A stretch of 64,000 bases of DNA from an uncultured Gemmatimonadales bacterium. Lineage in GTDB: Bacteria > Gemmatimonadota > Gemmatimonadetes > Gemmatimonadales > GWC2-71-9. The DNA lies in assembly GCA_963798915.1 (NCBI GenBank), contig CAWCVB010000011.1, positions 1 to 64,000 on the forward strand, written 5' to 3'. Shown piece after piece: positions 62,478-64,000 of the stretch. The notes under the pieces were generated by a model. That model was not told the origin of the DNA, searched no databases, and saw only the letters and a list, made by a program, of their open reading frames with translations. Position 1 is the stretch's first letter. The number at the start of each line of letters is the position of its first letter. The position numbers were made by a program, and so were the translations under genes.

Positions 62478-64000
62478 CGCCGCCGCGCTGCTCGGCCTGC
62501 TCCTGGTGCTGCCCACGATGGCCGCAGCCCAGGTGTCCAAGCCGCGGCCAGGACGAGCCGATTCGGCCGGAGTTCAGCCGGACTCGGCGCGCGGCCCACG
62601 GGATAGCGCCGAGACCTACGCATCACTGCAGGCGGCCACGCGCGAAAGGGTGCCGGCCCCTCCGCGACTCGGAGCAGAAGCGGCGGTTCCGGCGTCGGCT
62701 CGCATGGTTGTGACGCGGGATTCGATTGACTGGGCAGGCGCACTGACCCTGAGCGACCTGCTCGCGAGGGTGCCGGGCAGCTACGTGCTGCGAACCGGAG
62801 GCGTGGGCCGGCCTGAGCCCCTCAACTTCGCCGGCCGTGGCGCAGCATCGCTCGAGATCGTACTCGATGGATTGCCGTATCAGCCCGTCGGGCCCGACAG
62901 CATCGCTATTGATCCATCCGACATTCCCCTGGGCCTGATTGACCGGGTCGAGATCGAGCGCTGGCCGTCGATGCTTCGTGTGTATCTCTACACCCGAGCC
63001 CATGATCGACTTGCGGCGCGCTCCAACATTGTGCTGGCCGCTGGTCCCGACAAGCTGGCGCATTACGAGGCATTTCTGGAGCGGCGCTTTCGTGGTGGCT
63101 ACGGCCTCGGCGCAGGCGGGGACTTTCTCAAGGTACCGCCGCCAAGCTTCGCGACCGGGACGTCGCAGCGTACCGGCTACTGGGTCCAGGCGAGCTTTGT
63201 GCCGTCGGCCAGTCGCGGGCTGGTGCTGGAATACGTGGCAAACTCGCTGGATCGGGATGAGTTCACCGACGTGTCCGGTACCGGGCCGCGGCTGGAAGGC
63301 CGCCGTGGCGAACTCCGCGCACGCGCGTATCTGGGCGGCCACGCCGACGGCACCGGGCTTCGGCTGGACCTGCTGGGCGCGCGCTCCTCTTTCGACAGCA
63401 TGGCGGTAAGCCAGACTGTCTGGAGCGGTGGGGCCGGGCTCACGTATCGCGAGCCGCTGCTGTCAGCCTCCGTGCTGGCGCTGGCCGCCGATCGCTGGAC
63501 CAAGCTCAACCTGACGGGCCGAGCTTCCTGGACGCCGGCGCCGGTGCTGCTCCTGATGGCCGAGGGCACCTACCGGAAGCACGACGGCGGCCGGCTCACG
63601 CGTTGGGTCGGCGCTCGCGCCGGCCTGGAATTGCCCCTGGGACTCGAGCTCTCGGCATCGGCTCGGGCGGGACAGCTGGTGCCAGCGCCCTCCCTGGAGC
63701 TGAGTCCGGAGCAGGATGTCCGAGAGGCCGAGGGCGCTGTCAGCTGGACAACGCGCCGGCTCGGGCTTGAGGGCCGGGTGGCGCGTACGGCAGCCTTCGC
63801 GCCCAGCGCCTATCAGGAAATACCGGCAATCGCGGCGATCCCGGCTGCCGCCGCAAGCACCTGGCTCTCGGCCGGAGGGTTCGTGCGTCCGCTCGACTGG
63901 ATCACCATTCGAGGCTGGTATGCGCAGGCGTCGTCTCCGGCGCCAGCCGGCCTCCCGCCCCGACACTGGTCCCTGACCGGCACGATACGCAGCCACTTGC
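62467..64000 (+). CDS. TonB-dependent receptor plug-domain outer-membrane protein (3' partial)
   Basis: Manual translation from GTG 62467: signal peptide, VVTRDSID..TLSDLLARVPG, IVLDGLP, LIDRVEI, then beta-strand-like sequence. Not in the ORF track because it runs off the window. Confidence 0.78.
   Translation, partial: MRANAAALLGLLLVLPTMAAAQVSKPRPGRADSAGVQPDSARGPRDSAETYASLQAATRERVPAPPRLGAEAAVPASARMVVTRDSIDWAGALTLSDLLARVPGSYVLRTGGVGRPEPLNFAGRGAASLEIVLDGLPYQPVGPDSIAIDPSDIPLGLIDRVEIERWPSMLRVYLYTRAHDRLAARSNIVLAAGPDKLAHYEAFLERRFRGGYGLGAGGDFLKVPPPSFATGTSQRTGYWVQASFVPSASRGLVLEYVANSLDRDEFTDVSGTGPRLEGRRGELRARAYLGGHADGTGLRLDLLGARSSFDSMAVSQTVWSGGAGLTYREPLLSASVLALAADRWTKLNLTGRASWTPAPVLLLMAEGTYRKHDGGRLTRWVGARAGLELPLGLELSASARAGQLVPAPSLELSPEQDVREAEGAVSWTTRRLGLEGRVARTAAFAPSAYQEIPAIAAIPAAAASTWLSAGGFVRPLDWITIRGWYAQASSPAPAGLPPRHWSLTGTIRSHL

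Overview
High-GC bacterial chromosomal window, mostly densely packed housekeeping and metabolic operons. Gene content and order suggest Gemmatimonadota; this is an inference from recall, not checked by search. The first ~2.1 kb (FMO 5' end, M13 peptidase) looks like DNA from a different, probably actinobacterial, genome fused mid-gene to a truncated lexA at ~2136, most likely an assembly chimera. Main blocks: (1) lexA divergent from trpC-trpF-trpB-[HEAT]-[HD-GYP]-trpA-[multi-TM/GAF/MCP]-folK-panBCD-yqeK-LytR_C. (2) Glycerate kinase, 2-hydroxyacid dehydrogenase and rlmN. (3) A ~23 kb co-directional run: PTS IIA-aspS-phoH-7TM-HD-ybeY-2xCNNM/CBS-mgtE-ABC1-dedA-meaB-B12 mutase large subunit-[aeRF1-like]-B12-binding subunit-carboxyltransferase-S8 protease-AtuA pair-ECH. 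(4) Two small OM beta-barrels behind a sigma54 site, recQ, PQQ-type dehydrogenase, ACAD, rne/rng, rplU-rpmA. (5) ECF sigma/anti-sigma/Spy-like followed by nfeD-floA. (6) ppa, tRNA-Leu(CAA), M28 peptidase, NirK-like Cu protein, murB, MOSC, pepA and a partial TonB-plug protein. Best leads: a HEAT/HD-GYP pair sharing an unnamed N-terminal domain that splits trpB from trpA; a mutase with the isobutyryl-CoA-mutase F/Q signature whose subunit genes are split by a GGQ-less aeRF1/Balon-like gene; a tandem direct-repeat LexA box; dispersed 7-bp repeats at gene 3' ends; and recurrent leaderless-promoter signatures. Seven genes right of the junction carry net +1 frameshifts, probably sequencing errors. 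No CRISPR array, rRNA, integrase or transposase was seen.
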